A stretch of 64,000 nucleotides of DNA from Heteronotia binoei (taxonomy: Eukaryota): assembly GCF_032191835.1 (NCBI RefSeq), contig NC_083229.1, positions 28,458,001 to 28,522,000 of the forward strand, read 5' to 3'. Shown here one piece after another: positions 38,434 through 49,917 of this stretch (position 1 is its first letter; the number at the start of each line of letters is the position of its first letter). The notes beneath the pieces were generated by a model, which was not told where the DNA came from, did no database searches, and saw only the letters and a program-made list of their open reading frames with translations. Both the position numbers and the translations under genes were made by a program.

Positions 38434-38670
38434 ATAAGAACATAAGAAGAGCCCTGTTGGTTTGAACCAGTGGTCTGTCTAGTCCAGCATCCTGTCTTTC
38501 ACAACAGCCAACCAGTTCCCTTGAAGGGCCAACAATAGGGCACAGAGGCTGAGACCTTCCTGTGATGTTGCCTCTTGGCACTGGTATTCAGAGGTTGACT
38601 GCCTCTGAACATGGAGATTCCCCTCAGTTACCATAGCTAGTAGCCACTGATAGACCTATCATCCATGATA
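38434..38670 (-). mobile_element. CR1 LINE 3' end
   Basis: (ataagaac)n tail; ctagtccagcatcctgtc...gcctctgaacatggag...tagccactgatagacct. Confidence 0.85.
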
Positions 38671-39256
38671 GAATGTCTTCTGACATGATAGGACATACGG
38701 CCCATCAGTTTCATTGGATGTCCTTGAGTTCTACTATTTTGAGAGAGGGAGAAAGTAGTTAAGAAAGTACTTTCCTATTATGGTGAATGGAGCTTTGCTA
38801 CTAAATATAATTATAGGTTGGTGAAATGTATGGATGTAGAAAAAATAAACAACTGAACAGAGCACTGTTTTTAAGTATCAGGATCAGATCATGATCTTTT
38901 CCGTCAAACAGAGAGACGCCTTGGGTAACCATTACATGGGTCAAACTGATAAGATGAACATAGGTCTCTGGTTCCTCTTTGATAAAGTAGAGAAATTACT
39001 TGTGGTGACAGCTTGCTTAGAAAATCAAGCCTAAAAGTTTGCAAAGAGAATAATCTTAATTGCATTTTATTGGGGGAAGGGGAATATAATTGATATTGCT
39101 GGGATTCACTTCCAGTTAAAATTTACTAAGGATTGCAGTTAGGGTTGTCAGTACCCAGGCCCTGCCCCTGCTTCAGAGTTATCAGAAAGCACGGGGTGGG
39201 GGAGAAATGTTTGTTGGGCCCTCCATTATACCCTATGGAGACTGGTTCCAATAGAG

Positions 39257-39874
39257 CATGGGGTATCAAACATACGGCCCGTGGGCCAGATCAGGCCCAC
39301 AGAGGGCTCCAATCAGGCCCTCCAGCAACTGGCTGCCATCTGCTTCATCTTCCCTTGCCTGCTTTTTTCAGTCGCCATTTTCAGCCTAATTTTGATATTT
39401 CTCTTCTAAATAGTTCACATGCTTTCCTATTGAGAAAGACTGGAGGGCATGAGTACAGTGAAAAAGAGGAGGGGAACCCAGTTCCACCCATAACAAGCCC
39501 AACAAAACTCTCTCTCCCATTTTGTGTTTCTCCCCGGACAGGCCGGAGCAGCAAAGCAGCCTTTCCCTCTCCCCCCTCCCTTTTCCCAAAGGGAGGAAGA
39601 GGAAGTAGCAGCCTCAGCCAGTGAGGGAGCTTGGCTCTAAAGCTCTGCTGGGTGATTAAGTTTGCCAGGCTCAATTAATCACCCTACAGAGCTACTGAGA
39701 CAGGCCTCTCTTTCTTCTAATGAATGGCTGAGGCTCCTCCCCCTCCTCGTGCCCCAGGGAAGAAAAGAAAGATCCAGATCTTTCTTTGCCAGTCCCCACC
39801 ATCAGGAGAGATACAAAGAGTGCTTTTAAGACTAGCAACGTTTTAGTGAAGGTATGAGCTTTTTGCCTTGCTAC

Positions 39875-39906
<32 letters not shown>

Positions 39907-40741
39907 TCGGCTTGTTATGGGTGTAACTGGGTTCCCCTCCTCTTTTTCACTATACTCATGCCCTCCAGTCTTTCTCAATAGGAACGCATGTGAACTATTT
40001 AGAAGAGAAATATCAAAATTAGGCTGAGAATATGTTCCACCCCAGGTTTACCCAGCAAATTTTCCTTATTTTTTCTTTCACATTTTCTTTCACATTTTCC
40101 TTTGATTGGGGGTCTTGAATTTAGACTTCCCAGATAGTAGGCTGACACTGACCACTTACATGGCCGTCTCTCTGTTCTTGTAGTTGTTTTTTGGGGAAGT
40201 TGTATTTTTTTTTTAGTTGTCGTTTTTCTGGGGAAAATTATAGTTTTGTAGACAAGCACATAACCCTCAGTCTGTGCCATGGTGCCTTCACGTTTTCTTG
40301 ACTAGTGCATGAAGCAACTTCTGTACAAAAGCTCACAATGTCCAGCTGCTTCATGTTCCTCTGGGTCTTAGGCTCAAAGCATTGACCATGAGATATCTGT
40401 AATGAATGTCAGTGAATCAAAAGTAGGTTTGCAACTTACAGATGTGCACACCTGAACAGCACATATTCAAGACTGGTACAGCACAGACATTGTCTGCAGT
40501 TTTTGATGCAATAATTCATAGCAAGAGGTGACATTTATCGGAGACTGTAAAACAAAATATTACAAGTGTGTTAAGCATGTTTTATTTTAAATTTTAAAAA
40601 ATCTTTAATTGTGTCTGTGCGCTTTATAAAGTTTATATGTCCGCTATCTGGCATTACATTTTATGACACACATGGCTCAGCCTGACAAGGTCTCATTTAT
40701 GTAAAATCCAGCCCTCAGAACAAATGAGTTCGACACCCCTG
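39257..40741. mobile_element. 1485-bp hAT non-autonomous element (CAGGGGTGTC TIR)
   Basis: TIRs catggggtatcaaac / gagttcgacacccctg. 8-bp TSD caatagag (39249-39256) / ccatagag (40742-40749). No transposase ORF recognised. Confidence 0.85.
39873..39900. repeat. (AG)n microsatellite
   Basis: acagagagagagag... inside the hAT element. Confidence 0.95.
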
Positions 40742-41187
40742 CCATAGAGTATAATGGATAATCAATTTGTGGGTATCTGGGGCTCTGGGGGAGCTGTTTT
40801 TGTTTTTTTTTTAGGTAGAGGTACCAAATTTTTAACACAGCATCTGGTGTCTTTCCTCAAAACACCCCCTGAGTTTCAAAAAGATTGGACCAGGGGGTCC
40901 AATTCTATGAACCCCAAAAGAAGGTGCCCCTATCCTTCATTATTTTCAAATGGAGGGAAGACATTTAAAAGGCACACAGTCCCTTTAAATATGATGGCCA
41001 GAACTCCCTTTGGAGTTCAATCATCTTGTCACACCTTTGCTCCTGGCTCCATCTCCAATGTCTCCAGATATATATATATTTTTATTCAGACCTGGCAACC
41101 CTAATCATGACGAAGGCTTGGAGCTTAAAACAACGAGAAAAAATCACATGAAAATTCTGTTGTAGCTCCCTCCCCATTATTCACGTC

Positions 41188-41260
41188 TTACAGTGCAGTC
41201 CTAAGCAGAGTTGTACCCTTTTGAGTTCATTGGATGTATCTGTGTTTAGGATTTCACTTT
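41188..41260. mobile_element. Palindromic MITE, ACAGTGCAATCCTAA family
   Basis: ttacagtgcagtcctaagcagagtt ... atctgtgtttaggatttcact. Confidence 0.65.
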
Positions 41261-42985
41261 TAACTTTTGTAGACAGGAACCACTGCTAGAAAAGAGATGA
41301 CTAAAATGAATGCAAATTTTCGATGTAGAAGATAGTAACTGATTGCTCAAGGAATACATAGTTTCTGGTAATGCAGTCTTTACACCCGTGGGTGGAAATC
41401 AGTTAATCTCCTTTTAGATGAAAATCAGTGGTCTGTGGTTTATGAACCAGAGGTTTGGGACCTTTTCTTTGCCCATTTAATAGTGATTTTTGCAGTCTGC
41501 GCATCACTCTTGCAAATAAATACATCAAAATTACAAATACAGATATTGGCAGTGACATACTTGCTGACACAGTGTTGGATCCTGGCTACATTTTCTGGTG
41601 GCAGAATGCAACTTTCTTGTCTCTCTGTTGCCACTTATCGCCAATTAAATGATACTCCAGGAAGACGGGGGACCCTGAGGAATGATATGAGATGATCCAC
41701 AGTGGGAATTGGTGGGAATTTCCAACCCAGCTCATAGTCATTTGTGAAACATAGACGACCCCCCCCCCCAAAAAAAACCCCACAACACTTTTTTTTAATT
41801 TACAAGAATTTTATTTGTTCCTTTTACCCAGAAATAACATTTTTTTTTTGGTTGTCCCAGGTGATCATTCAGATTGCTCTTTTCAAGCCTTGTCTTTTCT
41901 CTTCTGTTGAACCCTCACACTTAAAGCCAATTCATAAGACCAAAACCTGGACAGGTTTTTTTTCTCCATCTTGTGCAGTTGTCACAAGTTCAGCAGGAAC
42001 TATCCTGAAGAGGATATTTTGGTTACATTTTGCTGTTGATACAGTAATCACAAAGGATAACTGCTTAACCTTCTGTGCCTACAGAAATGATTCTATGAGT
42101 CAGACATTGTGGTTAAACAGACCCCAACAGTATTTATTTTTAAGATATTAATTGATTTCACTTTCATGTACGGAATTCTGAAATTGCATAAGGGTAGTAC
42201 AAGAATGCAACACTGCAGAGTAAATTAATTCCTATGCGACCATGATACCTTATGTATACACTTCTCCTTTAATTCAGCATCTCCTGAAAACATGACTTAA
42301 TCAATTTAAGGATAATGTTTCACTGAGTTTTAAAGTACGGTAGGTTGTATTGCTAAATGACTTTGTATTGTATTGATGGCAGCTTAGACTTTTCAGAGAA
42401 GTCATTTTAAGTCAAACTTTTAAATTAAATTCATTGAAAGAAAAAAAGCCCACGTTATTAGAACACAAAGTGGCATAAGGGGTGAAAGTTCAAAGGAACA
42501 TAAAATATATCACTGAGAAACACCAACCTCCCAGCAAAAGAGATAAGCTCTGGTTGTAGTTAAAGAACATATTTTGCAAATTTATCAAAGAGTTTCTCTG
42601 GTTGCATTTTTGAATTTTGAAACAGTGAATAATGTAGAAATGTTTATTATATAATGATGCATATTTCTCATCATTCATGTTCCGTATAGCTTCATGGGTA
42701 TTATAAAGTAGTTGCTGGTTAAATTTATTTTTAAACCAGCTTTCTTTTTTTTTTTTAATGCTCAAGTACTTGAAACACTTACGTTATAAAGGGATGGCTG
42801 TGTACCATTTTTTGCATAATATTATAAGGAAAGATAATTTTTTTCATGATTCAGTTGCTTGTATCATGATTTATAAATCATTATCAGGAACACTGGAAAT
42901 TAACAAGCTGCAGTGAGTAGTCAAGGTATATTTAATTGTCAGATATTCCAGAAATCTCATTCTGAAATGCAGAAAACCTTTAGTC

Positions 42986-43345
42986 CAGGGGTCCCCAACG
43001 TGGTTCCTATAGGCGTCGTGATGCCTGCCAATGCCTTTCCTGGTGCCTGCCAAGTGTTTTTAAAAAGTGCACGGGGCCATGTGGGCTTTTCTCAGCAAAG
43101 TTTCTAACTGGCCGTTGGAGATTTGATTGGCTGTGCATATTTTTTAAAACGTTGCTTTGGCAGCAGCTGCCACCACAGCACAACGATTGTCACTATGTGA
43201 TTGAAGATAAGCTGCGGCAGCCATTTTGTGGCAGGCTGCACCTCACAAGGCAGCTGTTTTGTGGCAGCCATTTTGTGGCTGCATCCAACATGCTATGTCA
43301 GATGTCCAGAGGTGCCTGCCAGCTTAAAAAGGTTCAGGACCCCTG
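42986..43345. mobile_element. hAT-Charlie-like MITE, 360 bp
   Basis: TIRs caggggtccccaac / ggttcaggacccctg. TSD ctttagtc (42978-42985) / ctttagtt (43346-43353). Confidence 0.88.
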
Positions 43346-43828
43346 CTTTAGTTCATTTGTTGACACTTTCAGACTTGGTAGGTCTTTAATAACACAATCT
43401 TTCAACTGTCCTTATTTTTAAAAAGAGTTTAAGTTCTCATTACAAAACAAACAAACCACCACCCCAAAACAACAACGCAACACAAATATATACTAAGAGT
43501 GGAAAGAACAGTCTTCATTTTGTTGGCCCTCACACTAGTCCTACATGGATGACTTTTCTTTCCATTTCATTAATGGAGGATGAAAATGGTTATTTGCTGA
43601 AAGTTGCCAGTGGGCTGCTTCAGTAATACATGAAGGACCTGCTGCAAAAACAACCCCGGTAATTAAAAGTTATAAGCTTTAAGTTTAAGGAGAATTGAGT
43701 GTCAGCCTCTGAATGATTTTATTCAGTGCCCTATGGAGCAACAAAATGGATGAGTCAGTATAGTTAAGCAAAAGATGTTTGCTTTTGGTCATTCTTATGT
43801 ACCCAGTTGATGATTTGTCTTAATTCTT

Positions 43829-44034
43829 AAATTTGAGTCCAGGGAAACCTTACCAACCAAGATTTTCAGGGTATAAGCTTTCGAGAGTCAAAGCTCCCTT
43901 CAGTGGAGTAAAAGTTCCCCTCATAGATTTGACTTTCAAAAGCTTATGTCCTAAAAATCTTTTTGGTCACTAAGGTGCTACTGGTCTCGAACTGAGCTCT
44001 TCTATGTCAGACCTGCACAGCTATCCTCCAAAAC
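43829..44034. mobile_element. Penelope-derived fold-back mini-element with hammerhead remnants on both arms
   Basis: ccaagattttcagggtataagctttcgagagtcaaa is inverted with tttgactttcaaaagcttatgtcctaaaaatcttt. Flanks tgtcttaattctt (43816-43828) / tgtcttaatcctt (44035-44047). Confidence 0.82.
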
Positions 44035-45334
44035 TGTCTTAATCCTTCCCCTTGATGCCACTGCAACAAAATGAATTTTGCATTGTGCACTGAACTCTTA
44101 ATTAATGCATACAATACTCTATGTATCATACTGAGAAGGTTGCTCTTGTGAAGATAGATACCTAGCCTCTGTCCACAATCACATCTGTATGTAAGGTGTA
44201 CTTTTGCAGGATTTAATTTGAAACCCTGGGTAACCTTGGGGTAACTTTTTGCCCAGGAGCTAAGTTCTGGATATGTTAAAATACTTAGGAAAGAATGAGA
44301 GCAGGTTCAGATTGTCCTCTCCACAAATACTAATCTCTCCTCCCTCACCCCCAAGATTAAAAAGAAGACCAATTTTCAGAGAAAGTGGCCTCAAGAGTAT
44401 GAGCTGTCATAACTTCAGCTTCTGGAAATCTACCTGCTTATTAAATTATATGGAATAAGCTATATGAGCAATTCTGGCCTAGTATACCTCTATTGAGTGC
44501 TTGGATGTACACGAATCTGCCATTGTGTTTTATATAAATGTTCCATAAAGCTTTATTAACTCAACAGTCACCTTTTATATTGAGTGTAGAAGACTCCAAG
44601 TCTGTATTTGGGGCTAGAACAATAATAATGAGGCCAGTAATGTGAAATCCTAAATGAGTACTTCGTGACTACATACATCTGACTGTTCCCTCTGGCTGAA
44701 AGATGGTTTGTGGCCCACATCATATAGCAACTTCCTGACTTCTAAATTAGCACTTCCAGGTCTGAAAGGAGCAGTTGGGGAGATCATATGCCCAGGTGGT
44801 TTTCCTCTCTCTAATTTTTCTTTTCTGTCACTTGACAAACCACCCCCCCACACACACACACTTGGCTTGGAGCTAATAGACAATATTGGGAAGAAAGAGG
44901 AGAATAGCCATGGTGGAATCTTCCAGTCTGAGTATTTCAGGCATGCGGATGGTATAAAGGAAGGATTGCTATCTACATAACCCAGTTGCATATTAAACAG
45001 GTCTTCTCTAAAGCTGTTGGAATCCATTGAAAATTGCCCAGTGGCCTTCCGTTGGTCAAGTGATTTATTTTTAGTCTGTAAATAAGCTTAGTTTGTTGAT
45101 GAGCAATAGCAAATAACACTTGAAGTTAAGTAAACTATTGAAATTGGATTCTGTCATGTTTCTGAACGAGGCAAAGTTGTGTTGTGGATGACATAAGTGA
45201 CAATCCAGTAACATCAGCTCAAAAAGTTGTCTGTAGAACTTATTCCAAACCAGATTCGATAAACAAACAAATACTGGGTGGGGGCAAATTCTGCTTTATT
45301 GCTGTGACATCTCTTCTGTGAATATGTGCAAAAT

Positions 45335-45470
45335 ATATCCAGGTAGGGTTCCTCTGTTGATCTGAAGCAGGAGAACATAGCTTTTGTGTGTATTCACACT
45401 TCCTCAGAAGCTTATACCTTGAATAAAACGTTGTTGGTCTTAAAAGTGCCACTGGACTAAAACTTTATTA
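45335..45470. mobile_element. Penelope-derived fold-back mini-element with decayed hammerhead
   Basis: Start atatccaggtagg...gatctgaagcag. Minus strand reads ctgaggaagtgtgaatacacacaaaagcta. The inverted arm is aagcttatac...ttggtcttaaaagtgccactggact. Exact flank atgtgcaaaat at 45324-45334 and 45471-45481. Confidence 0.8.
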
Positions 45471-45884
45471 ATGTGCAAAATGTGATAGTCTCTTTCCCTC
45501 ATGAGTAGTAAATGTTTTCGAAAGCAATAGGAATTTGCAATATTGAATTTCCTGCATGTGTGCATGCATTTAAGTTCCCAGAATTACGAAATAGAAGTAG
45601 AGTTATAAAACCCATCATTCTTGATAGTCTCATTAAAATGTTATAAGAGTATCCCACAATTCATTTCCATTAACAGAAGACATTATCATCATCAGCAGTA
45701 GAGTTCCTCTCATCACTTTCGTGTTGTAGTCCCAAAATGCTCTCCAACTGCTACCCCAGGAACAGCTTGAGGAGTGAAATGGTAGGAAGGGGGAAGGTAG
45801 CAGAACTGACCATGTAGTCCAAGCCAACATGGAGGGGGGGACTCACAAATACATTTACATTTTTTTTTAAAAAAACATGTAATT

Positions 45885-45988
45885 ATTTTTTCTTAGCAGG
45901 AACTCATTTGCATATAGGCCACACACACACCCTGACACCAAGCCAGCTGGAACTGTGTTCCTGTGTGTTCCTGCTTTAAAAAAGTCCT
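45885..45988 (-). mobile_element. Octamer-bearing hAT-like MITE (CAGGGCTTTTTT family)
   Basis: cagcaggaactcatttgcata-ggccacac...ccaagccagctggaactgtgttcctg is the reverse of the 61658 element. Confidence 0.75.
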
Positions 45989-46324
45989 ACTTTTTCTTTA
46001 CTTTAAGTGGAAAGAGTTATCTGTGGAGGCTTGTCTAAAGATACAAAAAATGACTCACTTGATGGTTATCCTTAACCTCCTCCCCCTTTAAAATAAGGAA
46101 ATGTACTCACCTGTAAACAAAAGTTGGCACATAACCAGATTTTGGACAGATGGGTAGCCTTCTGGACCCCCAGTATAGTCTCCAGTCCCAAAGAGCACCC
46201 AATTGTATAGTTCAGTGTCTTGCTCTCAAATGGAGATCCAGGCAAATGACTCTTAATCCTACTTTAGCTGCCTGAACAGCAAAATAGGGGTCAGCAGAAC
46301 GCACTTTTATTATAGACCTCAGCT

Positions 46325-47063
46325 GCATTTGCCAGTTCCCAGTTGGGGTGCTGGGGATCCCCTGGTTTGAAGGCCTTCCCCCCGCTTCAGGGATATCAGA
46401 AAGTGGTGAGGGGGATGTCTTCTGAGCACTTCATTGTACCCTATGGAGAACGGTCTTCATAGGGTATAATGGAAAGTCAATTCGTGGGTATCTGGGGCTC
46501 TGAGGGACTGTTTTTTGAGGTAGCATCTGGTGCCTCTCCTCAAAGCCTCCCCCCAAAAAAAGTTTCAGAATGATTGGACCAGGGGGTCCAATTCTAAGAG
46601 CCTCCAAAGAAGATGATGATATTGGATTTATATCCTGCCCTATACTCTGAATCTCAGAGTCTCAGAGCGGTCACAATCTCCTTTTACCTCCCCCCCCCAC
46701 AACAGACACCCTGTGAGGTGGGTGGGGCTGAGAGAGCTCTTACAGCAGCTGCCCTTTCAAAGACAACTCCTACGAGAGCTATGGCTGAGCCAAGGCCATT
46801 TCAGCAGTTGCAAGTGGAGGAGTGGGGAATCAAACCTGGTTCTCCCAGGTAAGAGTCTGCGCACTTAACCACTACGCCAAACTGGTGCTTCCATCCTCCA
46901 TTGTTTCCAATGAAGGGAAGGCATTTAAAAGATGTGATGGCCAGAATTCCCTTCAGAGTTCAATTGTGCTTGTCATAGTCTTGCTCCTGACTCCATCCCT
47001 AAAGACTCCTGGCTCCACACCCAAAGTCCCCAGATATTTCCTGAGTCAGACCTGGTCACCCTA
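46325..47063. mobile_element. TAGGGTTGCCA element with a nested Squam3 SINE
   Basis: Colinear with 25603-26081. Right TIR tggtcacccta; left TIR truncated. Possible TSD gctgcatt / gctgtatt. Confidence 0.8.
46608..46864 (-). mobile_element. Squam3-type SINE nested in a DNA transposon
   Basis: Full body from gatattggatttatatcc to ccactacgccaaactgg. Confidence 0.9.
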
Positions 47064-47077
47064 GCTGTATTTGTGTG

Positions 47078-47266
47078 CAAAATGTTGTCAAATTGCAACT
47101 GACTTATGGTAACATCTTAGAGTTTTCAAGGCAAGAGATGAACAGAGGTGGTTTGTCATTGCTTGCCTCTGCTTAGCAACCTTGGACTTCTTGGGGCCTC
47201 CCATCCAGGTAATAACGAGGACCAACCTGACTTAGTTTCTGAGATCTGATGACTAGTCTGGACCAT
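47078..47266 (-). mobile_element. 5S rRNA-headed SINE
   Basis: cctcccatccaggtaataacgaggaccaacctgacttagtttctgagatctgatga is the reverse of a 5S-like head. Tail ttttcaaggcaagag...gaggtggtttgtcattgc. Confidence 0.8.
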
Positions 47267-47377
47267 CAGTTGACTGGGATGATCATAATTTTCTCACCTT
47301 GGCAAGGAGTGGTCCCAGAATCATCTGCTTTTCTTCTTACTTAACCTTAAGTGGAAGGGCTTTTGGGCTGAACTGTT

Positions 47378-47551
47378 GAAGCTGCTTTGTATTGTATGAA
47401 ACTAAGCCAGGTCAGTACTCAGACTGGCAGGAACTCTCCAGAGTGTCTTTCATGTTGTTCACTGTCTGATACTTTCAGCTGGGGATACCTGGGATTGAAC
47501 CTGAGACCTTCTGTGTGCAAAGCAGAGGGTTTTTTGCTGAGCCACAGTCCC
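47378..47551 (-). mobile_element. tRNA-headed SINE with CR1-like tail
   Basis: tactcagactggcag...gggattgaacctgagaccttctg...gctgagccacagtccc. Confidence 0.75.
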
Positions 47552-49187
47552 ATCCCTCTGAAAGGCTAACCTTTCCTTTGCTATTCTCTTGCAGAAACCC
47601 TGGACTTGTGTTTTCCTGCAGTGCTTCCAGAAGGAAGTAGAATGCACTATATTCAAAGGGAGAGGAAAGTAAGCCACCTCCCTTATATTTACTGCTGTTG
47701 GAGGAGACCTATATAGTATGCACATCCATATCCCCCAATTTGGCAATAGCTAATCTAGAGGAGAAATCCCCCCTCTCCCCAGTCATCTGGTCCACTTTTC
47801 TACTCTTGTTTCTAAGGTATGCCAGTCATGTGAGCCGTTTCTATTAAATGGTTGTTGGCGGAATTATTGTTGCATCGATCAGGCTTGAAATCTCACATAT
47901 GAGAGTACAACAGTTTGTGAATCTGGAAGACTCTGCGCAAGCATACATGACAGTGGCTTTCTACTGTCTGCTGTATCAGGCTTGTGTGACTTGACCAACC
48001 AAAGTGAATGCAGCTGCTGGCAACGAATGGTAGTAACCCTGTGTAGTGAAATGCCTTACACCCCAGAATTTACCTTGAAGTTTGATTGAGTCTGCAGGGT
48101 CTCAGAGGTTGTAATATGCTTTCGCTGGCTAACAAAGGGGTATGAATCACTTACTAGCACGGAGCCATCCAGTTCCATTGAAATGAAGATATCCTTAGCC
48201 AGAGAAGAACAAATAAGGCCAGCATTACACCTAGGCCAGGGCCATCTTTAGAATTCTGACACATTTCTTTTTACTCTTGCTCGCCCCATAGTGTTTTCAA
48301 CCGAGATGTGTAAACTTTTTATTTTCTTTTTTAAATTTCTATTTTAAATATTTTTAAAGTCTGCCTGGTTTCTGTGGCCCTTGAGTCCGTGAAAGGGAAG
48401 GGAAGGGGACAGCAGTCAATCCCTGCTTTCTCAAATAGCAGTGAGCCTCCTCTAAAGTAAGTGGGACAGAAGAGGGAGACCCCAAGCCAGAGCGGAGGCT
48501 TCAACCAGCAGTGTAGCAGACAGTTTCTGAGGGCTAGCCCTCTGGAGAATTGTGCTCTAGTAACCAAGAGTAGTTGGTGACAGTGGAAATTTACCCAGAG
48601 AGAATGAAGAGAAGTCCCCCTGGCTGGACAGCCAACACCGCTGTGTATCTTCACTTTCCCATGTAGGCTGAAACATGGGTTTGCAGACCCATTTAACTCC
48701 CCTGTTTGTTGCTTTCCAAGGTCTGCGAGAACAGGGAAGTTTTTAAGAACCTGTCTTGTTGATTGCCTGTGACTTGGTGGGTCCAAAAATTGTACAGGCT
48801 CAAGCTGACCTGATTTGTTGCCAAGTAAATCATAAACCAATCTGAGCAGGCAGATTGCTAGCTCTTACTTCCTTTTTTGTTTTGCCATTTTAGTAAGATA
48901 CTTTTCCCCAGGTCTCACTCTCCCATCTGGCTGAAGTCAAAGGTGTAAACGCCAAAGCTTTGACTGGGGCTTCATCAAAGACCTCAATCAACCTTATTGC
49001 TTCAAACATCTGGTGACATCCAAAGTGCTTGAGTGAGATGCTGTGATGGAAATGTTGTCTCAGTGTGGCCATGTTGACGTGAGTGGGTGAGTGTTTGCAT
49101 GTGTGGGGAAGCAGAGCTGGATTAAAACATACTAAGGCTGTAAACTATGCCAAGTTTGAAGAGCCTCATGTGTGTTTGTGTGTGTAT

Positions 49188-49350
49188 GTAATGTCCTGTC
49201 AAGTCACAGCCGACTAATGGAAACCCCATCAAGGGGATTTAAAGGGAGGAGTGGAGGTAGTTTGCCATTGCCTTCCTCTGCAGAGTCTTCCTTGGTGGTC
49301 TCCTGCTTAATTTTCGAGATCTGACAAGATCATCCTGTACCATGCAGCCT
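49188..49350 (-). mobile_element. 5S rRNA-headed SINE with internal deletion
   Basis: tttgccattgccttcctctgcagagtcttccttggtggtctcc joined to tgcttaattttcgagatctgacaagatc. (TG)n tail at 49169-49187. Confidence 0.75.
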
Positions 49351-49400
49351 TCCCTCTCTATAATAAGCCATACCAAACAATAGCAATTTATTCAATGTAG

Positions 49401-49711
49401 GAAAGAAAAGGAAAGGAAAGGTCCCTTGTGCAAGCACCAGTCATTTCCGACTCTGGGGTGAAGTTGCTTTCACAACGTTTTCACGGCAGACTTTTTTTTT
49501 ACGAGGTGGTTTGCCATTGCCTTCCCCAGTCATCTACACTTCCCCACCAGCAAGCTGGGTACTCATTTTACCGACCTCGGAAGAATGGAAGGCTGAGTCA
49601 ACCTCGAGCCGGCTACCTGAAAACCCAGCTTCTGCCGGGCATTGAACTCAGGTCATGAGCAGAGCTTAGGACTGCAGTACTGCAGCTTTAACACTCTGCG
49701 CCACGGGGCTC
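49401..49711 (-). mobile_element. Sauria SINE, full length
   Basis: Revcomp head gagccccgtggcgcagagtgttaaagctgcagtac, middle ttccgaggtcggtaaaatgagtacccagcttgct, RTE-like ggggaaggcaatggcaaaccac, and (cctttt)n tail. Confidence 0.92.
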
Positions 49712-49903
49712 ATAAACTTAGAGACCCCTCATAATCTGAGACTTTGACTGTAGTTTACTTAGTTTCTGCTTAAATCCAGTTTGAGATTGGGTGGAGGAGA
49801 GGGTGGGCAGTTAACTTCTATGCTTAAGAGATCCTGATAATCAAGGTTCGAGTAACTCAGGCTTTCGGCACATTTGTTGGCACTAGTAAAGTGGAAGTGT
49901 AAA

Positions 49904-49917
49904 ACACCAGATGGCGG
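49904..49917 (+). promoter_or_regulatory. Candidate CTCF site
   Basis: ACACCAGATGGCGG matches 13/14 of CCASYAGRKGGCRS, retains its CpG and lies in unique DNA. Confidence 0.4.

Larger units (their letters stand above)
39140..41103. mobile_element. TAGGGTTGCCA element hosting a nested 1.5-kb hAT element
   Basis: Left tagggttgtca (39140) and right tggcaacccta (41103). The halves rejoin into the 25603-26081 sequence. Confidence 0.85.

Noticed and set aside
3726-49080. Recurring TGACGT (CRE-like) motifs at 3726, 6904, 14056, 24068, 26390 and 49075
   Set aside because: A rough expectation for a 6-mer on both strands of 64 kb, even with CpG depletion, is of the same order, so there is no evidence of enrichment.
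49640-49711. tRNA genes at SINE heads (also 20830, 31003, 52831)
   Set aside because: A/B-box-like sequence only, with no complete cloverleaf, and continuous with SINE bodies.
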